A stretch of DNA of 64,000 nt from Fistulifera solaris. Its lineage: Eukaryota. The stretch lies in NCBI GenBank assembly GCA_030295235.1, contig AP026137.1:1054001-1118000 (forward strand). The letters are read 5' to 3'. Shown here piece after piece: positions 37,868 through 50,410 of this stretch. Made by a program: the position numbers and the translations under genes. The notes under the pieces are model-generated. The model was not told where the DNA came from and made no database searches. It saw only the letters and a program-made list of their open reading frames with translations. Each line of letters starts with the position of its first letter. Position 1 is the stretch's first letter.

Positions 37868-37957
37868 GACAACAGATGCGACGTTTCGAATGTCTACGCG
37901 TAATTTACGTAGCCGCCGTAGGAAATTTATCTCTATAGGAGAACCCGGATGTGACAT
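37868..37957 (+). repeat. Solo diverged copy of the ~90-bp core of the 215-bp satellite
   Basis: AGATGCGACGTTTCGAATGTCTACG...ACGTAGC..CGTAGGAAATTTA...GGAGAACCCGGATGTG aligns with the array core. Confidence 0.8.
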
Positions 37958-38133
37958 AACCGTGATGTATGCTTCCGGCACTCACAACGGACATTGTTTG
38001 TCCGTTGTTATCGCCTTGTCCGCCGTAATACATCACGGACGACGACTACTTGTAATTTTGTCAAAAGTTCTCTCGTCTCTTTCTTGTGATTATTTGTCTC
38101 TGAATACATGTATCGTCATAAAGGAACGCTCCA

Positions 38134-41100
38134 ATGACGACTCTATCCTCTTTAGGATTTACGATGGTCGGCGCCGGCGGAATGGGAGCTATCGCGGTTA
38201 CTTTATTCGGTTTTGCCGTCAAACGGAGATCGCCCTTTATTGCCCCTCGCGCTACGGCACGCCCCGCTTCTGTTATTTATCGCGGAGAACGTAATCCTTG
38301 GACGGGATGGATCCCTGAAACAATGAACTGGACGTATCATGAAATGCTGCAAGGAGTTGCTGGAACAGGAACAAGAAAACAAGGAGAGCATGGACGATTG
38401 TTAAATGTCACGCTCGATGGAATTGTTGTGCTGCGATTTCACGCCTTGTGTATGCGTGTTGCCTTGTTTGCGACTGTTTTATTTCTATTCATACTGCTGC
38501 CTCTTTATGCGACAGCAGGCTGTGCGGATGCGCCGCAGTGGAAGGGTTGTGCCGGCACAAACGGCACTTTTACGGATTACGAACGCCTCACAATGGCCAA
38601 CATTCCTTCCGTATTCACACCCACCTATTCCAACAAAACCACAGGAACACCCGATGTCACCAGTGTCCGCGCTCGACTATTTACGGTTGTTTTAGTCTTT
38701 TGGGCGGTCGTCATTTACACTTGTTGGCAATTGCGCCAGGAATGGCGAGAAATATTGGCAATGCGCAGAGTATACTATCTTGAACACGATGTTTGGGGAG
38801 CCAGGCAAGAAGAATTGAAGGAAACACTTTTATATAAATCTACGGAACCAGTTCATCACAGAAGCAATAAATCGAGCAGTACGCACTGTGATCAAGATGA
38901 ACCGCATTTAATCCATCGTGATCCGTGGATTCCTCATCCGGAACCAAGAGAAACGGTCCCCAACGTCGCATTGTACAGTTTGTTAGTCGGATGTTTGCCT
39001 TCTTTGCCGGATCATTTGTCGAAACAGCAGGCATTGCAAGCTGAACAAGATCAGCAGCAGCCATCGTCGTTACTGGATTGGCAACTGGAAATGGCGGTCA
39101 CTTTCTTTGACCATTGCATACCCAACAATCCTGGTTTCAGCTCCAGCGTTGCTGCGGTCACTATTATGCCATCGCCACAATTGTTAAGTAAAGCATGGCG
39201 AAAATGGTACACAGCAGCGGCAAAATTGCGACGGTTGCGGTTCATACGTGATGTAATTGCGCAAAGGAGGAAATACGAAATTGCCATGCATGCACGAGAA
39301 GAGGCTGATATTGAAAGAGGCGACCGATCAGACGACCGCGGAATAGAACAAGCCAAAGACGCTGTCTATGATCGTGACGAGCAGTGCGACGGCAATGATG
39401 ACCTGGGTATTGATTCAGAGGATACCTTTTCACTTCCATTCGATCTGTATGGCGATGATCCAAGTAATCCCAACGCTGGTATTTATCAAGACCCCACTCG
39501 TTATAAAGACTACTACCGTGCAGTATTGGGAATACTCGATGAAAATGACGATGTTTACGAATTTTTAAAGTTTGGACCGGAGCAAGCTGCTGTGTACAGC
39601 CGCGAGTTCGCTCAAGCTGCTGCACCATGCTGTCCACGGGGCTGCTTCGAATCGTACATTCGTGACAGCATGAGCATTGATGAGCTTGTCGATTTGGAAC
39701 AAGACTTGGCTGAGCAAGTGCATGCGGCAAATCTGGAACTAAAACGAGCGCGCCAAAAAGCTGCTGCCCTGCAAATACCCGGGAATTCACCGAGTCAACA
39801 AGCTGCCTTGATCCAATCGAGCTCAGTTTCTCTACCAACGTTGAATTTAGAAGGCAGTAGACACTTCCAAGACACAATTTTTCGTAAATCTGAGCGTCGG
39901 TCTAAGCCCGCTTGGGACTATTTTGTTTCGCGTGACAATACACTGGAATCAAAGTTATATCAGAAACGAAAAGAGAAGTCTCAAGCTGAATTTACGCCCA
40001 ATTATAAAAGCAGCGCAGCGTTGCGAATCGAAACCATTCCCAGTGTCGAAAGTGCGGTGTCGCAAGAGCAGCAAGATGTATCAACCTCGGAATGGGATCA
40101 AGTTGTTGCATTGTTACAGGAACAGCAACAATCCGTCCGCAGCGGCAGCGGATCCATGAGACTTCCTGATGGTCGGTGGCAGTGGCCATCCTGGAAAACA
40201 CTATGGGGAGCGACACGAAAAACTCCAGCAAAAGCATGGCGTACGAACAAAGCTGTAGTCGAAAGCTTGTCACGAGATTCGACGTATGCAGTCGTAACGT
40301 TCACTTCGCGGCAGGCAGCCATTGCGGCGCGCCATTGTCTAACCGATGGTCGCGCCGCAAACCGATGGCTGACTTTGAAAGAACTGCCGATCCCTCCGCT
40401 CGCCGACGCACCGTCTTGCAATATAATGGCATGTAGAAACTGCTGTCGTCCGCTGGCTCTGGGTGCGAATGAAAGGCAGAAAAACATTCGCCTCATGATC
40501 GCCTTGGCAGTGTTGGCGGTTATCTACACACTGTACACGATTCCATTGACGGCGGCTTCGGAATTCTTTTCCCCTTCCCAATTGAATATGTTGTTTCCTG
40601 AACTCAAGGATTTGTCCGATCAATATGGATGGCATTTGTCTGGGTTACTATCTGGTCTTATCAGTGCGATTGTTTATACAACATTCTTCGCGTTGTGTCC
40701 ACTTCTATTCAAAGCCATTGCTAATTTTGGAAGTAAGGCTACCAGTGTTGCGGGCGCAGAATTCCGTGCACTTCAGTACTATTGGTGGTTTATGGTCTTG
40801 ACTGCTTTTTCCGGACAGATTCTGGCCAAGATGACGCTCAGTGCATTCAACGAAGGCTTGAACGTTGGAAGCGATCTTCAAAGTATTGTCCGAGATATTT
40901 CGCAAACGATTCCTTCTAAAGTTGCTCCTGTGTGGCTGAACTGGATTTTTGTTTCGGATGCTGGCAGTGTTGCCATTCCAGTACTTACTCCAAGTGAACA
41001 CGTTTCTGTTTTCCTTTTTCCGAATGCACTGCTGTGCACGAATGGTGATGGGAGGCGGCCCTGGTTGCACCATGCCCTATCGGATCTACGTCGATAGCGG

Positions 41101-41935
41101 TGTGGTTTTTATGTGCATTTACGCATTGGGACCCGCAGTGCCTCTCGTAGCCCCAGCAGCCTTCGTCTACTTTTTTGTCTGTCAGCCATTGTTACGAAGG
41201 AATTTAATCTATGTGTATCGACCCAAATACGATGGAGGCGGGCTTCGTTGGCCATTCTTGTTCGACATGATCATCTCTTCGATGATGCTGGGTAGCATTT
41301 TACTTGCCGGACAAATGGGACTAAAGGAAGGCCTTGTACCTGCTGGATTAGCAGCTAGTACTATGTTCCCAATCTTGCTGTTCCAGCGTGATATGCAGAA
41401 ATCTTATCTACGAGCCTTTCAAGATGCCGCGCTGTTGCAAACAAGTTTGTTGGATGGCTGGAATGCGACTCAGACGTCGAGTATGAGTGAGCGTGAAGAG
41501 TTTCGCCGGTTCTTAGTGGATGCGCACAAAGCTGCATACGTGCCCGTTTGTTTGGCAGCTACCGACACGGATGACTTCCTCACAGCTGAACCGGCTTTAG
41601 TGGTTCCATTGGAGACGGACTCTGATGCCCCTATGCCTAAAGCTACGCCACCAGCTTCATCGCCATCGGAGAACAGTATCTTGTTTTCACCCGACTCGGC
41701 CAGCGTGGATTTGCTTGAGTTTCGATCAAATTCCTTACAACGTCGGTCCTCACAACAATTCGGAGCAACTCTCCGACGCATGCCTCTCATGGCTTCAACA
41801 CAACAATCTAGTTTCGCCGAGAGCACACCCCGTCATTCGTCCTCGTCTCAGTTAAGCAATAGACCCAGGATGTCATCGTTCAGTTTGCCGAAACCAGTCG
41901 AATCATCATTCAAGAAACCATTGAAGAGCGTGTAA
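38134..41935 (+). CDS. OSCA/TMEM63/CSC1-family mechanosensitive cation channel (one extra T near 40953)
   Basis: LDGIVVLRF, TMANI, YAVVTF.SRQAA, PL..P...YF, LIYVY...YDGGG.RWP motifs. Deleting one T gives WIFVRMLAVLP. Confidence 0.9.
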
Positions 41936-43733
41936 GATGTTAATTTGCTTGCTCTGGTTGTGGACTTCAAAAGGCTGAGTTAATAGATAAAAGCTATTGA
42001 AGCTTGATAAGTTCTAGTTAAAAAAGCATTTTTGCCTGTCTTAAAGGAAGGTTTCGATGCTTTGTCGATCCCTTTCCATCATCGAGGCGTGCAATCACTC
42101 GAGCTACCACGATTCGAGACGCATGCTTTGAAACGCGATGCCCTTTTCACATATGAGTTCGTATATGGAGCCAGCGAGTGCCTTAACATTCCATCATTAA
42201 TTGTTCACGAAGCTTGAACACCATGATAAAAGGATCAAGCGACAAGAGACGAGAGCACACGAGATACGAGGCAAGCGATTAGATGCTGTCAAACACCTTC
42301 ACATAAAGTTACGAGGACGGAAGGACGGAAGTAGGCTTTAGCTTCCTGAAAAAAGATTGGTGTCCATTTTTAGTGATCACTGATTGCGACCCGTGAATGG
42401 GGCACGATGTGCAATGATGCACAACGATCGCTGGAACTGTTGCCGACGAACTGCAAAACAGCAGATGGAAAACTGAAACCAAGAACTAACACGTGTGTTC
42501 TTGAGCGTCTTTGAAAGATAACTTGTTCTTTATAGAAAGTCGGCTCACAAGATGCACAGGATTTCATTGGTCTCTCGTTTCTTTCGCGTTGCTTTAGCTC
42601 TCTCTCTAGCTAGAAAGAAAGAAAAAATTCAACCTTTGGTTTTTGTGAGAAGCCTTGTGTTTTCACGATTAAATCTGCTACAGTAATGCGGACTTTGTTG
42701 TTTCTAGACGTACAGACGTACACTATATAATTATAGAAGCGATGACACAGAAGTGTAAAGTGTATAGCTTTTCTAGAATATCCGGTACTCCCACCGTCAA
42801 ACGTCAAACTGGAAGTGGTTTCTTCCTTTTTTACATACAGTAGGGAAGACGCCATTAAGTAATCTCTTCAACTCTTCAAGGTAAATTGCAAATTGCGGAA
42901 CAAGAAGCAGGCTTGGAGGCTTGGCGCTTGCGGTGAGCGGCGAAGTACCTGGTCACCTTATAGCCTGTAAGTTACTATGAGTTAAACAGTCGACAATCGA
43001 CAACGAGAAAATCTATGCAATTATGCAATATTTATATTTCAAAAAGCCAGTTAAATTTATTTGTGAGAAATTGAAGATAAACAATGATAAAATCTGTCGA
43101 AAGTCAAAATTGCATTCTGACTTTAGGAAAGAAGGAATAAATATTAGGATTATTAGTATTATAGGGAAAAACAACTGTTTCACTTTTCGTTGTCCATCCT
43201 GGTCGAACCGGAGAGTCCGAATTCCGCAAGACTACATGTTTACTACTAACGTGTGTGTGTACCTTTTTAATCCGTCATCCGTCATCCGTCAAATAATAAA
43301 CGATAAACGATGCCCATCGCAATTCTTTACTGTATGGGCTAAACTACTATATGATCTACATTGTACGCGTTCCGAAAACAAGTTCCGATTCGCTACGGTC
43401 GTGATTGAAAAAATTTGAAACGACGATGACTATAGTTACAGAATGTACTCGATTGACACCTGTGACATATGCGATAAGGTTGCAAAAGCCGAAACCTTTT
43501 TGTTGTCACGAAAGGTTTGCTTACCAAATCACGAACTCACGTTTTAGTTACTCTCTATACCAAGAATCGTGATTCGAAATAGAAAGAGACAGAATAAATA
43601 ATGATGGAACATTGGTATTTGCATGTCCCATGCCAAGATCCGCGAAAAGAGAAAGGCAAAAGCGGCTCACAACTTGATGAGCGCTCCTCTTTCATCTCAT
43701 CACACAATTTTCTTTTTAAAAGCAAGAGAGATC

Positions 43734-46700
43734 ATGAAATTCTATCATCTTTTAACGTTTGTGGCAGCGTTCTCCTATGGAGTGAATGCTGTAAGTGTTT
43801 CATTGTTGAGTTGTGTCGCGCGCAACGCATTGCTTTTTCTGAATTTTCGTCCTCACAAAACGCAAACCATCAGGCCGTCTTTCCTCCATCTCGCTTTCCA
43901 TTCAAAGATAAAATGGATACTAAAGATATCCCACAAATGATCACAATTACATTCGATGATTCTTTGCAACATGCCAAGTTTGCGACCATTAAGAAGTACG
44001 TGTTGGATATTCAAGACAAGAGAGGATGCCCGCCGCGCATCACCCACTTCACTTCCTTTGACTGGACGCAATGCGAGCCGGTCAAGTTCATGTACGACAC
44101 TGGTGCCGTCGAGCAAGGCCACCATACCGGCATGCACACGGGCACACCGACCGTGGCTCAGATCAAGAGCGCCATGGATCAGTTGGAAGGTTGCGGTGTC
44201 CCTCGATCCGAGATCACTGGTTTCCGCACGCCCTTTTTGGCCTACAATGAGACAACGTTGGTCAATCTTAAGAGCCTCAATGTTATTTACGATACGACCC
44301 TGATTCAAGACGATGATGTCGCGTCCGGATACGGTGTCAACAACACGTGGCCTTTCACTTTGGAGAACGGTTTCACAGGAAGTATCAAATGCGGTGTTAC
44401 CGGCTCGTGCATCAACCAATCTTATCCGAACATGTGGGAAATTCCAATGTATCGCTGGTACGACTCAAGCAACCGATTGCTCAACGATATCATGGACTAC
44501 CCCTCGTTCACGACGGATGTTCAGCAAATGTTTGATCGCCACTACAACGGAAACCGAGCTCCTTTCGGAATCTACTTGCATGAACCGTGGCTCAACAAGA
44601 ATGGTGCAGCTCTCAAGCAGTGGATTGAAAAGATCATGGCAACCTACAACGACGTTCACTTTGTCACCAATATGGATTTGTTGGAATGGATGCAGAACCC
44701 CGTCCCCAAATCTCAGTATGTTCCAAAAGCCTGCAAGAGTCGCGCCGAGATGTTTGGCTGCTTACCACCGGCGCCTGGATACAAGTGTGATGGATACGGT
44801 CAGTTTTTCGATTTTGCGACTTGCAAGTGCAGCTGCATGCAGAACTTTTGCCCCATCAATGGCGGCCCCAGCAATGGAGGCGCCTGCACGGACTGGAATT
44901 GCCCTACCACACCAGTCGCTCCCATACCCGTCGCTGCTCCGGTTCCATCCCCACCCGTTGCTCCGTCTGCCCCTGTTGCCCCAGTAACACCCACTCCCCG
45001 TGCCGGCACCGATTTGGAATTATACTTTGGTAAGTGCAAGCTTGTGTATCGTCGACGAGTCATTTGTGATCGCAACAAGCGCCTAACCGCGTGTTTCCTT
45101 CGCAACACAGGACCCCATGACGGATTACAAGAAGAACCTCGGATACCCTCTTCAATATCCCTTCGAACGTCTCTTTTCTGTTGAAGAAACTCCGCAATTT
45201 GCAATTATAACGATAGACGATGGTGTTAGCGACAGCCGCGTCAAGCCCACGGCCGATTACCTCATGTCGATTCAGAAGATGGACTCCCGCGGCTGCACGC
45301 CGAAGATCACCATGTTTGTTTCGTTCGATTACACCATGTGCGGATTGTTGTACGAGCTTTACAAGGCGAAGCATGAGATGGCAACCCACACTCTAAGTCA
45401 TGAAGGTTACCCCAGCAAGGCCCAGATCGATGGCGGTTTCAAGAGTCAAGTTGCCTGTGGAACCCCGGCCAACGAAGTGATCGGTTTCCGCACGCCTTAC
45501 CTGACGTACGATCAGCGCGTTCTCGACGACCTATACGCTTTGCAAGGTGAATACAAACGTACTTTGTATGACTCTTCAGTGGTGGTTGACGCTTTTGGTC
45601 CGACTGACTACGGACGCAAGAACTTCTGGCCTTGGAAATGGGACCACGCGCAGAAGGTGACCTACAACCGCGCAACTCCTTACGCCACTCCTTCGCCTCA
45701 CATCGAGTGGAAGAACTTTGATCCAGTTAAGGCCTCGAACATGAAAGGAATGTGGGAGATCCCTATGCCCTTGTACTTTGAGCCCGGAAAGGATGTCAAT
45801 TATTACCAGAACATGGATTACCCTTTCAGTCACGAGATCATGTGGGACAACTTTTACCGACGATACAACGGCAACCGATCTCCTTTCCACATTAATATCC
45901 ATGCTCCATGGCTCGAGAAGAACGGCGCTTCTTTGAAATTGTGGATTGAAGAGTTGTTGACCAAGCATGATGACGTTTTCTTCATTACCAACAAGCAGCT
46001 TCTCGAGTACATGGAGAACCCTGTTCCTCTTTCGGTTTACAAGCAACAGCGAATCTGCGATGCTCCCGGTTACGACGACTCGTACTGCTTCCCTAAGAAC
46101 TACGCTTGCAACTGGTGGTCCGAAGATTGGGATAATGAGAGCTGCGCTTGCACTTGCAAGGCTGGCTTCTGTCGCCGCGATGGTACATGCACCGACTGGA
46201 ACTGCCCCGTTCCCACAGCTCCTGTCGCTCCTGTTGCACCAGTAACACCTCCATCGGCTCCTGCACCCGTTCGAGCTCCTTCACCCGTGACAGTTCCGAC
46301 CGCTCCTGTGACAGTGCCGACCGCTCCAGTGACAGTTCCGACAGCACCTGTTGCGGCTCCTGAGGCTCCTATTCCAGCTCCGGTCGCTCCTCCGGTTTAC
46401 AGCGGTCCTGGTTGCTGCTCGAACGATTTCAAAACTTGCATTACTTGGTGCGGCACAACGGAAGCTCAATGTAATGCTTGCGGTGTTTCGGATCCGAAGA
46501 TATGGCTGGCGGATGGTGCTTTAACGAACAACAATTGTGCTCCTCGTTGGAATGGTTATGGATGCACTTCGCACGATATTTGCTGTCCCGGACTCGCGTG
46601 TTTGGCCAACAGCGATGGCGTCAGTCGTTCGTGTCTGCCGGGCGATCGATCTGCTCCAGTCCCGGCTCCGCCAGTCGCGCCTCCCGTGCAATCACCTAGC

Positions 46701-46940
46701 ACAGCGATCGCCGTATGGGGACAATGCGGAACAACACCCAGTGGAGGAAACTTCGGAGTCAACTGCACTAATTCGTATTGTGCTTGGGGCAATGAACACT
46801 GGCAATCCTGCCAACCGTGCAGTCGAGCTCCTTTGAATGCGTTTGATTGTCAAAACTATCAGCTCAAGTGCGGCAGCACGAGTGCGTTTGCCGTTTGCGC
46901 CAAGAGACGTACGCTTCGTGGAGTCAATGAATCAAATTAA
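43734..46940 (+). CDS. Secreted protein with two tandem CE4 deacetylase domains, Pro-rich linkers, a Cys-rich module and a CBM1-like tail
   Basis: Signal exon MKFYHLL...; introns 43791-43873 and 45030-45110. Motifs TITFDDS/H.TGMH/GFRTPFL and ITIDDG/HEMATHTLSH/GFRTPYL; AVWGQCG tail. Fusion needs a C-run indel at ~45113. Confidence 0.8.
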
Positions 46941-47125
46941 AAGAGAGGATATACATATACACTATGCAAGCAATAGCAACATTAGCCCTTTATTTGAACA
47001 TTAACAAAATATTTATTTAGTAGCTTTCATGTTTTTATTCAATTGTGTGCAATCAAAACTTTGCTTTGAAATGTGGCTTGAAAATGCGAGTCAAAAGGAT
47101 GAATTGAGCTCGATAGCTTGACAAA

Positions 47126-47674
47126 TCAGGCTCGGAAGACCGTTGGAGGAGCAGGCAGTACGGCTAGAGCCTTTGTGTTTTCAATAGCTCTATTTGTCTT
47201 GCCCGCTGATGATTCACTTCTTGATCGGGGTCGTGTACGAGAGGGCATGATAGGTGCGAAATCAGAAGATGATTCACTTTTTGAAAAGGAAGACCATCGC
47301 ATGCAAGATGAACTGTCGTGTCGATTTCGAACCGGCATGGAAGGAGAACAAGAATTCGAACGAGGCCGAGTGCAAGGAACTTGTTCTGACGACCATCGTA
47401 GTTCTTTTGCTTCCTTTTCCGGTACAGGACAGCCACTTTTGCTGTCGTTGCTTTGGCAATAAAAGCCGTAACCGTCATCATCTTCGTCTTCATCAAAAGT
47501 ATTCTGATGGAGTGAAGGAGAATGACTGCCGATTGTAAGATCGTCGTCGTCCTCGGTGTGGCTCGATTTCTCTTCCGTTTGCTTGTGAACGACAACAATG
47601 AATTGAATAGGAGCTGCTGTTGGCTTCATCTTGCTAGTAACACTGTGAATTGAATTCTGAAGCGGAAGGATCAT
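47126..47674 (-). CDS. Disordered hypothetical protein with RW..S / P.MP.R motifs
   Basis: Repeated RWSS, PSMPVR and PIMPSR motifs typical of small diatom proteins. Confidence 0.55.
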   Translation of the reverse strand: MILPLQNSIHSVTSKMKPTAAPIQFIVVVHKQTEEKSSHTEDDDDLTIGSHSPSLHQNTFDEDEDDDGYGFYCQSNDSKSGCPVPEKEAKELRWSSEQVPCTRPRSNSCSPSMPVRNRHDSSSCMRWSSFSKSESSSDFAPIMPSRTRPRSRSESSAGKTNRAIENTKALAVLPAPPTVFRA

Positions 47675-48338
47675 GATAAATTACTGCAATTACTTACAAA
47701 ACGGCAGGTGATGGGCAGATAATAAGACTTTGAAAAATGCAGCCAAAAGCAAGAAGAAAGGCGAAAAGGGGAACGAAAAACCGCTGTACAGTACATAAGA
47801 CAGTACCAGGTAAGGGCCTTCGCAGCCGCAAGCCGCAACTCACGCTCTACTCTTTAGTATGACAACGCACTTTATTACATGACGTAAAGTATACTGATTG
47901 AATACGCTTAGGGTAAGTGAGACGATTTTTACCTAAGGACTTAAGGACGAGAAAGAGTCAAAAGTGCGCAAACTTCCGTTCACAACAACTTCGGGCGCGG
48001 AAGTTGGGCCATTTTTCGAGTCGCGAACTTCCTAGAATTCCGCTTCTCGTTAAAACTTCCGATGCTCGGCTAAAGCCTAAAGTTGACGAACGACGAGCTA
48101 TCTGTTGAGTTGTCCGTTCTTACTTCTTACTACATCGTGAATCGTGAACCATGATTCCTCTCTCCTCTCTCTGTCTCGACAGTAGCTAAAGGGCTTTACG
48201 TTTTACGTGGTACTGTAGGGACTTGCGTTTTGCGTTTTGCGTTCCGGGTTAATCTTTTACTCCGTACCATTTACTGCGTATCATTTACCTGGTACCTGTA
48301 GCTGGTGGCTGGTAGCGCCGTCAAACAATACTGGTAAT

Positions 48339-49320
48339 CAGGCCTCTATAAATCAGTGATTTTGGGAAAACAGTACGTTTTATCCTTGTGGAAGGTTCCA
48401 AAACACACTGAAATAAGATATTTCAGTAATTCAGGGTGGACCGAGTATCGTTTTCTGATTGGCCGAGAGGGTCTCAACCGGGACTGTAGAACAATCTGAT
48501 TGGCTACGTAAGGCTTGCTATGCAGATGGAATCGAAATTAATGATACAAAGCCAACTTAATGAACGTGCTCAGCACTTTCTTCACGTTTAAAAGCGTTAC
48601 TATCTCTAACATTTAACGATTGCAGTTTTAATAAAAAACTTGCTACCTATCTTTATGTCGTTATACGAGGTAAAGGGCGATATCAGTGCTAAGTGCTCCA
48701 ATCGCGGCAATCGCCTTCAGCAATCAAAAGACCTCAGTCATAATGATTAAGGCTAGAAAAATCGCTATCTTTCAATTTGAATGCTTTGATTACGGAAATT
48801 AGTCACCCACGTAGCGATGTAGAGATGCTGTTAATTGTTCGTCAAAACTCAATGATCTAGTCATCTAGTTCCAGAGAGACGGATAAGCTCCTAGTGCTCT
48901 AAAGATGAGCGACATTACCAAAGAAAAAAGTCAAACGCTGATTTGATGGAATTGGGCTCGAAAAGGACACGAAAATGCAACTAAATCCCATCTAAATCAC
49001 ATCTATTTTCCGTGACATAAATTCCAAAGAGGTACCATTTGGTACTCGTTTTCTGAACTTATTGATTCCTTGAATCCTCTAGGCAAAATTACGAATATGG
49101 TTTTGTTATATGACTCAAATAAGTGGTTCATTAAGCACTTTTTGTGCAATTGTCGCTAAACAGCCTTAGGAAAAGGTGAGGCTTACGGTATGGTAGGCTT
49201 TCTACGTAAGTCTACGTAATTTACCGATTTTAACGCATTTTTACTGTTTCGACCTTCCAAAACCCACTGAAATAAGGTAAATCCAGTAAGTCAGTGCGGA
49301 TACTGGATTAAAGAGGCCTG
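48339..49320. mobile_element. Non-autonomous hAT-type element, family 3 (982 bp)
   Basis: Imperfect 19-bp TIR: CAGGCCTCTATAAATCAGT versus CAGGCCTCTTTAATCCAGT. 8-bp TSD CTGGTAAT at 48331-48338 and 49321-49328. ~45-bp subterminal direct repeat at ~48396 and ~49255. Confidence 0.9.
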
Positions 49321-49970
49321 CTGGTAATGTAATGGGCAGTCTATTGTTGATTGTTGCAACTGCCAACTGTCAACTGTAAACTGTAAACTGCAGGAAGTCT
49401 ACTGGGTACTCAAAGTTGGAATAGCCCCAGAGACAGTTCTGTTTTCGGAATTAAGGATCAAGAATCAAGAATCAACAAGAGAGTTATCAAGAATCAAGAA
49501 TCAAGAGTGACGTGCAGAATGCAAGATGGAAGCGACAATCGAGACGGCATACGAAGTCCAAGTCAACCAAACATGCGTTAACCTGATCACCTAATTTGAT
49601 TAAAAACGGATTGGACGAGCAATGACAAGGGAAAAGGAGGTTATTGCTGTTCCTTGATACATCGAATCACAAGCAATGCATAAAACTTGTAACAGTGGCA
49701 GTTCGTCGTTTCTAGCAAATCGATCATGGCCACTAAGAATTTCATTTTGGTTTACGGAATGACAAATGAATCTATTTGTCAACTTTCTATTACTTTCAAT
49801 AGCAAGCGCTGTTCGTGTTAGTGTGTCACGTCATGTAGGTCCCAGAATTGACGCTATCCCCCCGAAGACCGAGCCCTCGCGTGTGGGAAGGGCGAGTACG
49901 AAAAAAAGCGCCCTCCTAGGTCTCTAGTCAAGAAAAGGAGCGCGTCGATAGTAAAGGCCGAGATTTTTTT

Positions 49971-50065
49971 TCGAAAAGCCTGCGAAGCGTTGCCTTTCGA
50001 TTTACTATGGACCCAAAGTGTTGGTTATAGGAGACCACGATTGGATTATTTCAGTCACCAACATT
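49971..50065 (+). repeat. Solo copy related to the end of the 217-bp repeat
   Basis: ATTTACTATGGACCCAAAGTG...GGAGACCACGA matches 31298-31341. Confidence 0.7.
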
Positions 50066-50410
50066 TTACTCATCAAGTAGTGTCAATCGGATTCCTGATT
50101 CCTGTGACTTTTTTCGCGCAAGATTCACCCGTCACGTCAATACACTTTACGTTAGAGTGACCTTTCTCGTGGAAGTGTTGCTTGTTGCTTGGTTGCGTTT
50201 CTGTGCTGCTGCGTCACGCCTCGTACTGACGACGGACAAACGTTTGTGTTCATCGGCACTCGCCGATGTAACTGTGCGAAAAAGAGAAGAGTTCGAGTTT
50301 GTGTTTTCCACGTCGGCGTTTTTTCCCGTCTCTTCCTTTGCTTGTTTGCATCTTTCTTTCTCTTCCTTTCATTCATTCTCTTCTTATTCAAATATAATCA
50401 TTTCGTTGCG

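Noticed and set aside
6460..45117. Pervasive programmed ribosomal frameshifting
   Set aside because: No common slippery motif or direction; the pattern fits homopolymer errors.
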